Below are positions 21,776 to 33,151 of a DNA stretch of 64,000 bases, piece by piece (positions within the stretch are counted from its first letter, which is position 1; each line of letters opens with the position of its first letter). This DNA is from Candidatus Atelocyanobacterium thalassae. Its GTDB lineage: Bacteria > Cyanobacteriota > Cyanobacteriia > Cyanobacteriales > Microcystaceae. The DNA is taken from positions 64,001 through 128,000 of the forward strand of contig JBFPLN010000003.1 in the NCBI GenBank assembly GCA_051971635.1, written 5' to 3'. The position numbers were made by a program, and so were the translations under genes. Below the pieces are notes generated by a model. It did not search any database, was not told the DNA's origin, and saw nothing but the letters and a program-made list of their open reading frames with translations.

Positions 21776-22654
21776 ATGATAACAAAAACAGCATGGGTAT
21801 TTCCAGGACAGGGATCACAAATAGTTGGCATGGGAAAAGACCTAGCAACAACTTGTTTAGGTAAAGAATATTTTAAAAAAGCGCAAGATATTTTAGGGTG
21901 GTCTGTACTCGAAATATGTCAAGGAGATGCAACAGTTTTATCTAGGACTTTATATACTCAGCCCTGCCTTTACGTAATCCAATGTATTCTTATTAATTTG
22001 TTAAAAGAGAATCAACCAAATCCTAATTTCTTGGCCGGTCATAGTTTAGGAGAGTATGCAGCTCTATATGCTGCAGAAGTTTTCGACTTTGCTACAGGAT
22101 TACAATTAATTAAAAACCGTGCAGAATTGATGGATAAAGTTATTGGGGGGAAAATGGTTGCTTTAATAAAATTTGATCGATTATCTCTGAACAAGACAAT
22201 TGCATCTATTCCTGATGTAGTCTTAGCCAATGACAATAGTGAACAGCAAGTAGTTATTTCAGGTACTCCCCAGGCAGTGGACAAAGTTTCTCATAGTATT
22301 AAGGCCAAAAGAACAATTGAGCTTAAAGTTTCTGGAGCATTTCACTCTCATTTAATGAAAGAGGCATCGGAACAATTTTACATATTATTGGAAAGTATTG
22401 ATTTCAAAGAAGCAAAAATTCCTGTTTTTTCAAATGTTGAAGCATTTCCAAGAGCTTCTAAAATTATTTTAAAGGAAAATTTACAAAAACAAATGACTGG
22501 TTCGGTCCGTTGGCGTGAAACTATGGCATCTATGATAGAAAATAAAGTGACCAAAGTAGTAGAAATTGGACCAGGAAAAGTTTTATCTAATTTATTTAAA
22601 AAAGAATATACTGAAATCAATATAAAAAATATTAGATCCTTATCTGATTTTTAA
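21776..22654 (+). CDS. fabD: Malonyl-CoA:ACP transacylase
   Basis: FPGQGSQ, GHSLGEY and GAFHS motifs. Confidence 0.98.
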   Translation: MITKTAWVFPGQGSQIVGMGKDLATTCLGKEYFKKAQDILGWSVLEICQGDATVLSRTLYTQPCLYVIQCILINLLKENQPNPNFLAGHSLGEYAALYAAEVFDFATGLQLIKNRAELMDKVIGGKMVALIKFDRLSLNKTIASIPDVVLANDNSEQQVVISGTPQAVDKVSHSIKAKRTIELKVSGAFHSHLMKEASEQFYILLESIDFKEAKIPVFSNVEAFPRASKIILKENLQKQMTGSVRWRETMASMIENKVTKVVEIGPGKVLSNLFKKEYTEINIKNIRSLSDF

Positions 22655-22782
22655 AAATGATATAAAAATATAGTACGATTTACTGCTATTTGATGATTTT
22701 AAAATGGAAATTTACTATATTACAGTCGCATATTCCTTTAACCTTTAATGAAAAATTGATTAAAAAGTTTATATCCTTAAAA

Positions 22783-23880
22783 TTAAGAATGACTACGATA
22801 TCTATAATAAGCAGCGCAAGTTCCTTCTGAAGATACCATAGGTGCACCTAAGGGACTTTCCGGAGTACATGTGCTTCCAAATGCAGGACAGTCATGAGGC
22901 TTTTTTTGTCCTTGCATAATATCACCGCTAATACACACTTGTGGGTGTATTGATTGAATAGGTTTGTCCTTAAGAACTTCAAAACGATTTAAGGCATCAT
23001 AAAATTGATATTCGGGTCTTAAAGATAACCCACTTTCTGGAATTTCACCAATACCTCTCCAGCAACGAGATACTGTTGTAAAAATTTCTTGAATTAATTG
23101 TTTTGCTAATGTATTTCCTTCAACTTTGACAGAACGAATATATTGATTTTTACATTTAAATTTACCAGATTCCAGCTGTAAGATACATTGGTAAATTCCC
23201 TTCAATATATCTAAAGGTTCAAATCCTGTTACGATAATGGGAATTTCATATTTATTAGAAATAGTTTGATATTCTTCATATCCTGTTATCGTACAAACAT
23301 GACCAGCAGCCAAAAAACCTTGTACCATGCAATTAGAAGATGATAAAAGCATTTTCATGGCTGGAGGTACTAAAACATGAGACACTAATAAAGAGAAATT
23401 TTTAATATTTTTGTACTTTGCTTGATATACAGCCATTGCTGTTGCAGGAGCTGTTGTTTCAAAGCCGACAGCAAAAAAAACAATCTGCTTATCAGGATTT
23501 TCTTGAGCAATTTTTAAGCTATCTAGAGGAGAATAGACGATACGTACATCTCCTCCAGAAGCTTTTACCATAAGTAAATCTTTTTTTGTTCCTGGAACTC
23601 TTAGCATATCTCCAAAAGAACAAAAAATAACATTAGGTAAATTAGCAATAATCAAGGCGTAATCAATCAATTCTATAGAAGTTACACAAACAGGACAACC
23701 CGGTCCATGTATCAAAGTTATTTCAGGAGGTAGTAATTGATCAATTCCGTATCTAAAAATGGAGTGTGTTTGTCCACCACAAATCTCCATAATTGTCCAA
23801 GGCTTGCTAACATTTTTTGCAATGTTTTCGGTAATTTTTTTAACTAACTTAGAATCACGGTATTCATCAACAAATCTCAT
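22783..23880 (-). CDS. hypD: Hydrogenase maturation protein HypD
   Basis: [21 protein letters not shown] and PMVSSEG.CAAYY motifs. Confidence 0.98.
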   Translation of the reverse strand: MRFVDEYRDSKLVKKITENIAKNVSKPWTIMEICGGQTHSIFRYGIDQLLPPEITLIHGPGCPVCVTSIELIDYALIIANLPNVIFCSFGDMLRVPGTKKDLLMVKASGGDVRIVYSPLDSLKIAQENPDKQIVFFAVGFETTAPATAMAVYQAKYKNIKNFSLLVSHVLVPPAMKMLLSSSNCMVQGFLAAGHVCTITGYEEYQTISNKYEIPIIVTGFEPLDILKGIYQCILQLESGKFKCKNQYIRSVKVEGNTLAKQLIQEIFTTVSRCWRGIGEIPESGLSLRPEYQFYDALNRFEVLKDKPIQSIHPQVCISGDIMQGQKKPHDCPAFGSTCTPESPLGAPMVSSEGTCAAYYRYRSHS

Positions 23881-24185
23881 AGTTATCTTTTAAAATATAA
23901 TTTCTCTAAACAGGCTCTAAATATTAAGATTATCGGTCTGATAATATATGTTGAACTTACTATATACAAGAAAATTAATTGTTTCTTAATTGTTCTATTT
24001 ATTGATTGAAGCTTTTATCCAAAAAATTAGCTATATAAAAGTAACGACATACCTATAGTACTGCGATAAAGTTAATTAGGTATTTGTTTAATGCAAATAC
24101 TAACTTGATATTACATAGTTATAATTGTTATTATAAAATCTCCAGAGAAAACTTAAGTTAATTTTTAAATCACAGGTTTTTACTT

Positions 24186-24629
24186 ATGCCATCTCCAGTA
24201 AGCTCTTTACCATCCAATTTAGCCAGCATTGTTGAAAAATTTAAGAGGCGTTCTGACCCAAAAAAAAGTTATGAACAATTACTATGGTATGCCAAAAAGC
24301 TATCAAAGATGCCAGAAACTGCTAAAACAGAAGCAAATCAAGTTAAAGGATGTGTTTCAAAAGTATATATTAGCGCAGATTTGAAAGATGGCAAAATTTG
24401 GTATCAAGGAGATTCAGATGCTCAATTGGTTAAGGGATTAGTTGCTTTATTAATCGAAGGTTTAAATGGATCAACCCCTCAAGAAATTTTAGATATAAAT
24501 CCTAATTTTATTGAAGAAACAGGACTAAAAGTTAGCTTAACACCATCTAGATCTAATGGATTCTATAATACTTTGCAACTCATGAAGACAAAAGCATTAG
24601 CTTTTCAGCTAGGAACATCAATTTCATGA
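24186..24629 (+). CDS. sufE: Fe-S assembly sulfur acceptor SufE
   Basis: VKGCVSKV, GDSDAQLVKGL and LTPSRSNG motifs. Confidence 0.95.
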   Translation: MPSPVSSLPSNLASIVEKFKRRSDPKKSYEQLLWYAKKLSKMPETAKTEANQVKGCVSKVYISADLKDGKIWYQGDSDAQLVKGLVALLIEGLNGSTPQEILDINPNFIEETGLKVSLTPSRSNGFYNTLQLMKTKALAFQLGTSIS

Positions 24630-24733
24630 ATTTATCCAAAGATAGTTTGAATAGGAAAATAATCTATAAAAAACTAATTAATTTGCAAGAATATTGATGA
24701 TCATTAGTGAATAGTTTATAAAATAAAATTTTA

Positions 24734-24776
24734 TATTAACCTTAAGAATAATTAGAAATTATTCTTAAGGTTAATA
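24734..24776. terminator. 20-bp perfect inverted repeat between convergent sufE and dacB
   Basis: TATTAACCTTAAGAATAATT-AGA-AATTATTCTTAAGGTTAATA. Confidence 0.75.
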
Positions 24777-25072
24777 ATTTTTTTGTATTAAATATAATCT
24801 ATATTGTTATTACCTTTTAAATAGAGATGACTTAGTTTTATAGTTCTGACTTTTTTTTAACTAACCTTATTCTTTACAAAATTTTTATGTAAAGTATCAA
24901 GAGAATTACATTCTTAAAACAATAAATATATTTCTCTCGACTATTTTATAGTTTTAGAATTCTTTCAGCTATAAATTGTAAGTATACTTATTTTCAGCTA
25001 ATCACTAATTTTTATGATTAAATTTAACTTATGTAAAGTTATTAAAGTAGGGGAAATTAGTTATGATTCAAT

Positions 25073-25963
25073 TTAATAACTACAGTCTTTAATATTACTT
25101 AATTGTATAGTTATTTTATCTATCTCTTTGATTAAATTTGAACCCGAAATATTAGAGTTGTTAGCCAAGACACTAAAAACTATCATGCCAAGGTAAGGAT
25201 GATCTATGTAGCCGGACAAAGCTCTTACATTTCTTAGAGTTCCTGTTTTTGCATAAACATATCCCTGAGCTGAAGTACTTTTCATACGGTGGCGGAGAGT
25301 ACCTATTAATCCAGCAACAGGTAAAGAAGTATAAAAATGTTCTTTGGCAGCAGTATAGTATGTAGCTCGTAAAATAGTAACTAAAGAACGAGGTGTAGCT
25401 ATATTACGGCGAGATAATCCTGAGCCGTCAATTTGACGAAAACTATTAGGAATAACGCCAAGTTTAACTAAAGTATCTTTTGCAGCTTGATGTCCGTTAA
25501 TATATCGAAGTAATGTGTCTGCATAATAATTATTGCTCTTAATATTCGTAATGTTAATCCAAGACTTTAAAGTTTTTGACCCAATTTTTGATTTAGGATT
25601 GAACAATTGCAATGCTGCAGCAGTGGTAAAAATTTTATTGTTAGAAGCGGGAATGAAATATTTATCTGGATTATGACTATATATTATAGTTCCATCTTCT
25701 AATTTCTCTACTAATATTCCCCAATGCTTTTGATGAGAAAAAATAATATTATTTAGTTTTTGATGGATTAAAAGTTTACAGGACTTAGTCTCAGCTTTAT
25801 TAGAATTTTCTTTATATGATTGAATGAACTTTACATTATAATCAGGCAAAGTTTGTCTCTGGGAATATTTTGGCTCACTAGCAAAGCTACTATTAGTCCA
25901 AATAAAGAAAATTATAGCTAGAACAGCTTTTTTTGAAAACAAAAAGAAGTTAGGCGACATCAT
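25073..25963 (-). CDS. dacB: D-Ala-D-Ala carboxypeptidase/endopeptidase (peptidase S13, short PBP4-type)
   Basis: PASNNK (SxxK), SNN, DGSGLSR and KTGTL motifs; signal peptide. Confidence 0.9.
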   Translation of the reverse strand: MMSPNFFLFSKKAVLAIIFFIWTNSSFASEPKYSQRQTLPDYNVKFIQSYKENSNKAETKSCKLLIHQKLNNIIFSHQKHWGILVEKLEDGTIIYSHNPDKYFIPASNNKIFTTAAALQLFNPKSKIGSKTLKSWINITNIKSNNYYADTLLRYINGHQAAKDTLVKLGVIPNSFRQIDGSGLSRRNIATPRSLVTILRATYYTAAKEHFYTSLPVAGLIGTLRHRMKSTSAQGYVYAKTGTLRNVRALSGYIDHPYLGMIVFSVLANNSNISGSNLIKEIDKITIQLSNIKDCSY

Positions 25964-26250
25964 AACGATAATTTTTTAGTTATTCATATTAGACTTAAAA
26001 TATTAGAAAAAATTAAAAATTTTTTGTAAGTTAAAGAATACTATGATAATAATCTCTTTTTGATTCCTAATGTAAGTTAAGATTTAAAAAGTGAAACAAA
26101 TATTTTAAGAATATGATAAGTTGTTAAACATTTCTATAAGAGAAATGTTTAACTTTATATTTAATTTCTAAATGATAAAAAATCTTTAGTAGAAAAAATG
26201 TAATTAATGAAATATTATTAAACTAACAACTATATAGTAATTTATTTCTT

Positions 26251-26895
26251 ATGATGCGATCAGATTCTTATGCTTGTGGGCTAGGATTACATACTACTAG
26301 TAGTCAGTTAGGACTAAGTTTGAGTAGACAACACCAGGCAAAAAGTACTAGAGTCTGGAATCTTGAACGAAAATTATCAAGTCATTTACATAAGATTTTA
26401 CAAGACTTTATTCAACCACAGAAATGGAAAGATATTGATTTTATTTCTGTAGCAAAAGGTCCAGGAAGTTTTACTGGTACAAGAATAGGTATTACTGCCG
26501 CTCGTACAATAGCTCAACAACTTAAGATTCCTTTATTTAGCATTTCTACGCTAGCAGCATTTGCGTGGTTTCATGCGAACAACAAATTATTTGAAGATTT
26601 CATTGCTATACAAATGGAAGCTTCAAGAGGTCAAGTTTATGGAGCAGTCTATAAAAAAAAATCTAAAGGAAATGGTTTAATTACAGTTATTGATGATACT
26701 GTAATGGAATTGGACAAATGGAAAAAAGTTTTAGAAGATCTGAACTTATCTTGCGAACCTCTAATTGTTACATCAGAGATAGGAGTCACAACTTGTAGCA
26801 TTTTAGAACTGGCAGAATTTGAATGGGAACAAGGTAAACGTCCTCATTTCTCAGAAAGTAAACCATTTTATGGATACTCAAGTATTCCTAAATAG
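26251..26895 (+). CDS. tsaB: tRNA t6A biosynthesis protein TsaB
   Basis: VAKGPGSFTGTRIG motif. Confidence 0.93.
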   Translation: MMRSDSYACGLGLHTTSSQLGLSLSRQHQAKSTRVWNLERKLSSHLHKILQDFIQPQKWKDIDFISVAKGPGSFTGTRIGITAARTIAQQLKIPLFSISTLAAFAWFHANNKLFEDFIAIQMEASRGQVYGAVYKKKSKGNGLITVIDDTVMELDKWKKVLEDLNLSCEPLIVTSEIGVTTCSILELAEFEWEQGKRPHFSESKPFYGYSSIPK

Positions 26896-27054
26896 CTAAA
26901 GTTCATAAAATACAAAATTTAGACAAAAAATAAATACTTAGTATCATTCAAAAGCTATAGATACTGGAGTCTCTAATAAGGCTAAGTTTTATGATTATGC
27001 CCTAATTTTCTAAAACATCAAACTAAAATTTTGATTTATTATACCTTCTATTTT

Positions 27055-28041
27055 ATGGACAAGAACAACCTTTTACGCTTTATTCCTCCCTGCTTCAGTC
27101 TAGTAGTATTTACTTTGTCCATATGGACTATACAGAATAATTTTCAACACTATCAAGCTGCAAATTTTTGGGATAGTCTATCTAAGATTCCTTCATCTCA
27201 TATTTTTTGGGCAATTATTTGTATGAGTGTTAATTATCTTGTAATGACAGGATATGAATGCCTTGCTCTATCTTATGTTCGTCGAACATTACCATATCGG
27301 AAAAAAATCCTAGTTGGTATTATTTGTTCTGGGATTAGTAATAGCATAGGATTTGCTGTTTTGAGTAGCTGTATGATTCGCTATAGATTTTATTCGACTT
27401 GGGGATTTTCTATGATTACAATTGCACAAATTTCAGCATTCTGTAATCTATCCTTTTGTTTAGGATTATTTAGTATTGGTAGTATTCTTTTCTTAAAAGA
27501 GTCTTTGGCAATTCCTCATTTACTAGATATTCCTTTCCTTTCAGTTCGTCCCTTGGGAATAATCTTTTTAATTATAATTTTTGTTTATTTATTTTTTACG
27601 GTAATTCGTCAAAAACCTTTATTTATAGGAAAATGGGTTATTCCTCATCTTTCTCCTCAATTAGCAATAGGTCAAATAATTGTCTCTAGTTTAGATTGGG
27701 CTCTTGCCGCAATGGTTTTTTATATTCTTTTACAAACTTCAGTATCTTTATCTTATCCTGCTTTTTTTGGAATTTATATGTTGGCTCAGGTAGCAGGATT
27801 AGCTAGTAATGTCCCAGGAGGACTAGGTGTTTTTGAAACAGTAATGATTTTATTACTTGCTCCATTTATTAAATCAGAAGAGTTATTAGGTACTTTATTA
27901 ATTTATCGTGGAATCTATTATTTTATTCCTTTGGGAGTAGCTATTTTACTTTTAGGTAAATACGAATTGAGTAACTTTTTTAATAATAAAAATACTAATA
28001 TTTCCACTTCTTTTTTTAATAAGATAAAAAGTAAACCATAA
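27055..28041 (+). CDS. Lysylphosphatidylglycerol-synthase TM (MprF flippase-like, UPF0104) domain protein
   Basis: IRYRFYS.WG, SNVPGGLGVFE and YRGIYY motifs. ATG at 27055 preferred over TTG at 27031. Confidence 0.82.
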   Translation: MDKNNLLRFIPPCFSLVVFTLSIWTIQNNFQHYQAANFWDSLSKIPSSHIFWAIICMSVNYLVMTGYECLALSYVRRTLPYRKKILVGIICSGISNSIGFAVLSSCMIRYRFYSTWGFSMITIAQISAFCNLSFCLGLFSIGSILFLKESLAIPHLLDIPFLSVRPLGIIFLIIIFVYLFFTVIRQKPLFIGKWVIPHLSPQLAIGQIIVSSLDWALAAMVFYILLQTSVSLSYPAFFGIYMLAQVAGLASNVPGGLGVFETVMILLLAPFIKSEELLGTLLIYRGIYYFIPLGVAILLLGKYELSNFFNNKNTNISTSFFNKIKSKP

Positions 28042-28201
28042 GCATTTTTCTTATATGTGCAAAAAGGAAAATATCCTTAACTATGAATAGAACTACCAGA
28101 AAACTACATACTATAAAAAGTTTACTTTGATTTCTATCCTTAAAAAAATTAATATTTGTACTCTATTTAATAGCTTGTTTAGTACGTTAATAAATAAGAT
28201 A

Positions 28202-29542
28202 CTATTTTAGTTTTAGGCCATATATCATCATATTTTCATCAGCTTCATTTAAAATATTTTCTATTACTTCACTTGGGCCTAAAATTCTCCAGCTACAGTT
28301 TTCAGCTAAATAATTTTGAACAACTTTGCCTATTTGATAAGTGCTATGAGCAGCAATTCCACCTTGTAAAATAGCGCTACTTCCATAAATCTCTATAGCG
28401 ACTGGTTTATCTAATATATTAGTAATCATCATAACTGTTTTACTTATGCTTAATACTAGACCAGTCAAGATTTCACTAAGAAGTAATTTACCAGAACTAA
28501 AAAGGATCTGCAGCCATAATTGTTCTATATTGCGATTAGTAATTGGTAATTTATATAAATGGAGTAAATATCTGACTAAGACTAAATCAATTATTAATCC
28601 TCCAAAAACATCTAAAACAGCAAAAGGGTTAGTAATAATTATCAAAGATTTATATCTTACAAATTTATTAATAGTATATTCAGCATCCTTTGCAAGTATT
28701 TGAATAGTCTTAAGAGCAATGTTTTCTTCAGCTTGTTTTACTTGCAACAAAGCATTTATACATAAAAGATAACGTCCTTCATTATTTAAAACACTTAATA
28801 TTTTATCTCTTAAACTTTCTATTTGAGGAGCTTGAATCTCTGACTCTTCTCTAATTTTTCCATTAAGGTCTCTAACTCTTACAGGTATAGCTTTAGGACA
28901 AGCAGCTACTAATAGTATATCTTGAATATTTATTAATAGTTTCTCCTCAGTCTTAAAATCTTTGCTAATCTCTTGTAATTGCTTATAAATACTAAGACAA
29001 GTTTTTTCTGGATATAAATCAATTTTATTAAATACTAAAATTACAGGCTTTAGTAATTTTCTAAGATACATTAAGGCCCTATATTCAATTTCAATAATAT
29101 CTTCAGAAATTATAAATAGTATTAGATCTGACTCTTCAGCAACTTCTTGAGATATTATTGATTTGTGAATCTCATTTATCTCGTCTAGCCCTGGAGTATC
29201 AATAAACTCTAACATTACCTTACTATCATTAGGAGTCCATCGGAAAGATTTAGGCCACTTTGTAGTTCCATTAACTGGTTCACTATTAAAAACATATTGG
29301 TTAACTAATGCATTAATAATGGCAGATTTACCTCGGTTCACTAATCCGAATATAGCAACTTTAATAACATTATTATTAACTTTTTCCAGTGCTATTTTAA
29401 TTACTTGTAACTCTTTCTTTATAGCTGCTTGTAATGCCAGATTTTTCGGGTAGTTAGATAAGCTACTAGTATACCGAGATAAAGAATCTTGCAGGCTAGC
29501 ATGAGTTTGTTGTATATAAAAATTTTGTTGATCCAAAACCAA
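28202..29542 (-). CDS. GTP-binding protein with DUF697-like C-terminal domain
   Basis: GLVNRGKS (G1), DTPG (G3), NKID (G4); hydrophobic C-terminal region; abuts the lpxB stop. Confidence 0.8.
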   Translation of the reverse strand: MVLDQQNFYIQQTHASLQDSLSRYTSSLSNYPKNLALQAAIKKELQVIKIALEKVNNNVIKVAIFGLVNRGKSAIINALVNQYVFNSEPVNGTTKWPKSFRWTPNDSKVMLEFIDTPGLDEINEIHKSIISQEVAEESDLILFIISEDIIEIEYRALMYLRKLLKPVILVFNKIDLYPEKTCLSIYKQLQEISKDFKTEEKLLINIQDILLVAACPKAIPVRVRDLNGKIREESEIQAPQIESLRDKILSVLNNEGRYLLCINALLQVKQAEENIALKTIQILAKDAEYTINKFVRYKSLIIITNPFAVLDVFGGLIIDLVLVRYLLHLYKLPITNRNIEQLWLQILFSSGKLLLSEILTGLVLSISKTVMMITNILDKPVAIEIYGSSAILQGGIAAHSTYQIGKVVQNYLAENCSWRILGPSEVIENILNEADENMMIYGLKLK

Positions 29543-30709
29543 TTACTTCGAAGTATTCTCGTAATGTAAAATCTCGTTAGCTACACGATCACAAACTCCT
29601 GGTTCTCCTAAAAGAAGTCGCATTTCTTTATAATTTGATAATGTTTTTTTGCGACATTCGCTGTCTAGCAATAGTTCTAAAGACTTTTCAACAATATTTT
29701 CTATAGTAGCGTCTTCCTGTAGTAATTCAGGGACTATCTCTTTCATCATAATTAAATTTGGAGGTGACATGAAAGGTATAGAAAATTTAAGAATGTTTCT
29801 AGCGATCCACATAGTTAGAGGATTAACTAAACATAAAACTAGTTGCGGAACATTTAAAAGAGCTAATTCTAAGTTTACAGTTCCTGACTTCGCAATCGCA
29901 AAGTCCGCAGCAGCCATAGCTTCCATTGCACGACCTTCTAATAATGTGATTGATAAGTCATATTCTTTAACTATTTTTTCTATAGTGTCATAATATTCTT
30001 TCAAAGAAACAGGTAATAAAAAGTGAAGTTCTGGAACTTTTTCTTGTAATTTTTGAGCAGCTTTACAAATTAAAGGTAAATGATATCTTAACTCTTGATA
30101 TCTAGAAGCTGGAAATAAGGCAATAACAGGTTTATTAACTTCTAATCCTAACGATTGACGGACTAATTCCTTCGTTGAAGCCTTTTCTATCCTATCTAAT
30201 AAAGGATGACCTACCCATTTAACCTTAATACCTTTTTGTTCAAAGAATCTAGCTTCTTCTGGAAAAATTGCCAGTAAAAGATCAGTTATTTCAGCAAATT
30301 GTTCAATCGTTTTATTATTAGGAGACCAGACCCAAGATTGAGGTGCAATATAGTAAACAATCGGTACTTGAGGTAAATGTTTTCGAACATACTTACCAAG
30401 AGAAACATTAGGCCCCATATAATCTAATAAAACCAAAATATCTGGAGGATTATCTCGTAGGTAAGCTTTTGCTCTATTTTGCATTCTCCAGGTAGGTATA
30501 ATAAAAGGTAATGCTTCTACAATACCAATAGAACCTATAGCTGCTGTATTACCAAGCAAATTAGCACCTGCAGAGAGCATAGCATCACCTCCTAATGCCA
30601 TAATTTCTATGGGGATGTCTTGAGATTTTGCTTGACGATAAAGAGCTTCAATTAACATTGAACCCTGTAAATCACCAGAAACTTCACCTGTACTAACAAA
30701 AATTTTCAT
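29543..30709 (-). CDS. lpxB: Lipid-A-disaccharide synthase
   Basis: STGEVSGDLQG, VGHPL, FPASR and KSGTVNLE motifs. Confidence 0.97.
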   Translation of the reverse strand: MKIFVSTGEVSGDLQGSMLIEALYRQAKSQDIPIEIMALGGDAMLSAGANLLGNTAAIGSIGIVEALPFIIPTWRMQNRAKAYLRDNPPDILVLLDYMGPNVSLGKYVRKHLPQVPIVYYIAPQSWVWSPNNKTIEQFAEITDLLLAIFPEEARFFEQKGIKVKWVGHPLLDRIEKASTKELVRQSLGLEVNKPVIALFPASRYQELRYHLPLICKAAQKLQEKVPELHFLLPVSLKEYYDTIEKIVKEYDLSITLLEGRAMEAMAAADFAIAKSGTVNLELALLNVPQLVLCLVNPLTMWIARNILKFSIPFMSPPNLIMMKEIVPELLQEDATIENIVEKSLELLLDSECRKKTLSNYKEMRLLLGEPGVCDRVANEILHYENTSK

Positions 30710-30733
30710 TAATTACTTTAATCTCTAACTATT

Positions 30734-31531
30734 TTAATGTTTGCCTGGAATTAATCCACGTCTTTTTTCTCCTGTAACTGATAATTGCAGAAATTGATGT
30801 AGATATTTAGTATATTCATTACTATTAAAAGTTTGTAGCTGCTTTAATACTTGTTGTAAAGTTAAGCCAGAATGATATAACACACGAAATGCTTGCTTAA
30901 GATGACGAATATCTCCAACAGTAAGCCCAGCACGTTTTAATCCGATTAAATTAAGTGACCTTACTCTAGAAGGATTTCCTTCAATCATCATAAAAGGAGG
31001 CGCATCACGATCAATTCTACTCATTCCACCTAACATAGCATTACGACCAATTCTCACAAATTGATGTACTCCTAAAGCTCCACCAACAACAGCTCTAGAT
31101 TCAATATGGACGTGTCCCGCAAGAGACACAGAATTAGCAATAATTATATTATCTTCCAGTAAACAGTTATGAGCAACATGCACATAAGCCATTAGCAAAT
31201 TATTGTTACCGATTTTAGTAACTTCATTGGCGTAAGTCGCACGGTTAATCGTTACAAACTCTCGAATTGTATTTCCATTACCAATTTCAACGCGGCTAGA
31301 ACAATTTTTATATTTTAAGTCTTGCGGAGCCGCACCAATAATTGCGCTAGGAAATATATGGTTATTCAATCCAATTTCTGTTGGACCTTCAATAACTGCA
31401 TGAGAGCCAATAATCGTTTGTGCACCTACTTTAACCTGATCGCCAATGACAGCATAAGGTCCCACTTCAACAGTAGGGTGTAGTTGTGCATTCTTATGAA
31501 TGATAGCTGTGGAATGAATTAGCGTATTCAA
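30734..31531 (-). CDS. lpxA: UDP-GlcNAc O-acyltransferase
   Basis: Hexapeptide repeats; PQDLKY, IREFVTINRAT and HVAHNC motifs. Confidence 0.97.
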   Translation of the reverse strand: MNTLIHSTAIIHKNAQLHPTVEVGPYAVIGDQVKVGAQTIIGSHAVIEGPTEIGLNNHIFPSAIIGAAPQDLKYKNCSSRVEIGNGNTIREFVTINRATYANEVTKIGNNNLLMAYVHVAHNCLLEDNIIIANSVSLAGHVHIESRAVVGGALGVHQFVRIGRNAMLGGMSRIDRDAPPFMMIEGNPSRVRSLNLIGLKRAGLTVGDIRHLKQAFRVLYHSGLTLQQVLKQLQTFNSNEYTKYLHQFLQLSVTGEKRRGLIPGKH

Positions 31532-31738
31532 CAGGTTATCTCCCTTTAGATAGATTCATTATTGAATTTAGTTATAAAGTACACAATAAAAGTTTTCAAG
31601 GGAACAGGAAAAGAAGAATTGAGGACATTATTAATGTGACGCAAAATCTTGATTTTGGATTCTAAATTAATAAGTTTTCTAACTATAAATCAATGGAAAA
31701 CATAATTATTAATCAATAAAAATTTTTAAAGATAATTT

Positions 31739-33109
31739 ATGAAGCTTATTTGGAATTTCATTACTCTCTCTTCTTTTTCTCCCAAAATGTGGCTAAAAAC
31801 AAGCTATTGTTATCGTATTGTTGGTTTGTTGAGTAATTGGCAGCAATCTAGTTTCTTACTGCAATGGGCAGAAACTATTGGTGCTTTACTCGTTAGTCTT
31901 ATCTTGACCTTCAGCCCTTTTGTTACTACAGGAGTTATCGGTATATGGCTTGTTTCAATTGCCATATATTGGATCGTATTAATTATTTCTGATAATAAGC
32001 AACTATTTATTAGCCCTATACACTTATTAGTTTTTCTATATTGGTCTGTTTCAGCAATAGCAGTTATTTATTCTCCTGTTAGAGGTGTGGCTTTTTCAGG
32101 ATTTATAAAATTAACACTATACTTAATTTTCTTTGCTTGTACATCTCGTATTTTACGCTCATCTCGTCTAACAAATTGGTTAATTATATCTATTTTAGGA
32201 TCTGGATTATTAGTAGGTACCTATGGAGTAAAGCAAAGATTTCTTGAGGTCAAACAATTAGCAACATGGAACGATCCAACTTCATATTTTTCTAATTCAA
32301 TTAGAGTATATAGTTATTTGGGTAATCCTAATCTATTATCTGCATATATTTTGCCTACAATTGCTTTAAGTATAGCTGCATTTTTTATTTGGCAAAGAAC
32401 ATTGCCTAAGTTATTAGCATTAACTATTTTTGCGGTTAATATTTCTTGTCTTTATTTTACGGGTAGCCGCAGTGGCTGGATAGCATTAGTGATTCTATTA
32501 ATAGTATTTTCATCATTGCTGTTTACATGGTTTAAAGACAAACTTCCTGTATTTTGGCGTCAGTGGCTTCTACCTTTAACATTTGGAACCTTCATGAGCT
32601 GTGTTTTTATTCTTATTGCTTCTAATGACGTTTTACAATCAAGAATTATGAGCATTTTTATTGGGAGAGCAGACAGTAGCAATAATTTTCGTATTAACGT
32701 ATGGATATCAGTAGTAAATATGATAAAAGATTATCCTTTTTTCGGTATTGGCCCAGGAAATGAAGCATTTAGCAAAGTATATCCACTTTATATGAGTCCA
32801 AAATATAGTGCTTTGAGTGCATATTCTATCTTTTTAGAAACTGCAGTAGAAATAGGATTAGTTGGATTAAGTGTTTTTGTTTGGCTCATTTTTACGATAC
32901 TTAATCAAGGGATACAAATAATTAAACAATTTAAAAATAATAATAATTCTCATGGAATATGGTTAATTGCTTCAATATCTGCAATAGCTAGTTTATCGAT
33001 ACAAGGACTTTTTGATACTGTTTGGTATCGTCCACAAGTGAATACTCTATGGTGGTTCTTAATAGCTTTAATTGCGAGTCAACATGAATTATATAAAAAA
33101 GAGAACTGA
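31739..33109 (+). CDS. ictB: IctB-family membrane protein (O-antigen ligase-like)
   Basis: LATWNDP, RVYSYLGNPNLL, DSSNNFRINVW, GIGPGN.AF and DTVWYRPQV motifs. Confidence 0.92.
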   Translation: MKLIWNFITLSSFSPKMWLKTSYCYRIVGLLSNWQQSSFLLQWAETIGALLVSLILTFSPFVTTGVIGIWLVSIAIYWIVLIISDNKQLFISPIHLLVFLYWSVSAIAVIYSPVRGVAFSGFIKLTLYLIFFACTSRILRSSRLTNWLIISILGSGLLVGTYGVKQRFLEVKQLATWNDPTSYFSNSIRVYSYLGNPNLLSAYILPTIALSIAAFFIWQRTLPKLLALTIFAVNISCLYFTGSRSGWIALVILLIVFSSLLFTWFKDKLPVFWRQWLLPLTFGTFMSCVFILIASNDVLQSRIMSIFIGRADSSNNFRINVWISVVNMIKDYPFFGIGPGNEAFSKVYPLYMSPKYSALSAYSIFLETAVEIGLVGLSVFVWLIFTILNQGIQIIKQFKNNNNSHGIWLIASISAIASLSIQGLFDTVWYRPQVNTLWWFLIALIASQHELYKKEN

Positions 33110-33151
33110 TATATATACTTAATCAAGTTTAATAAATATAGTTCTAAGTTT

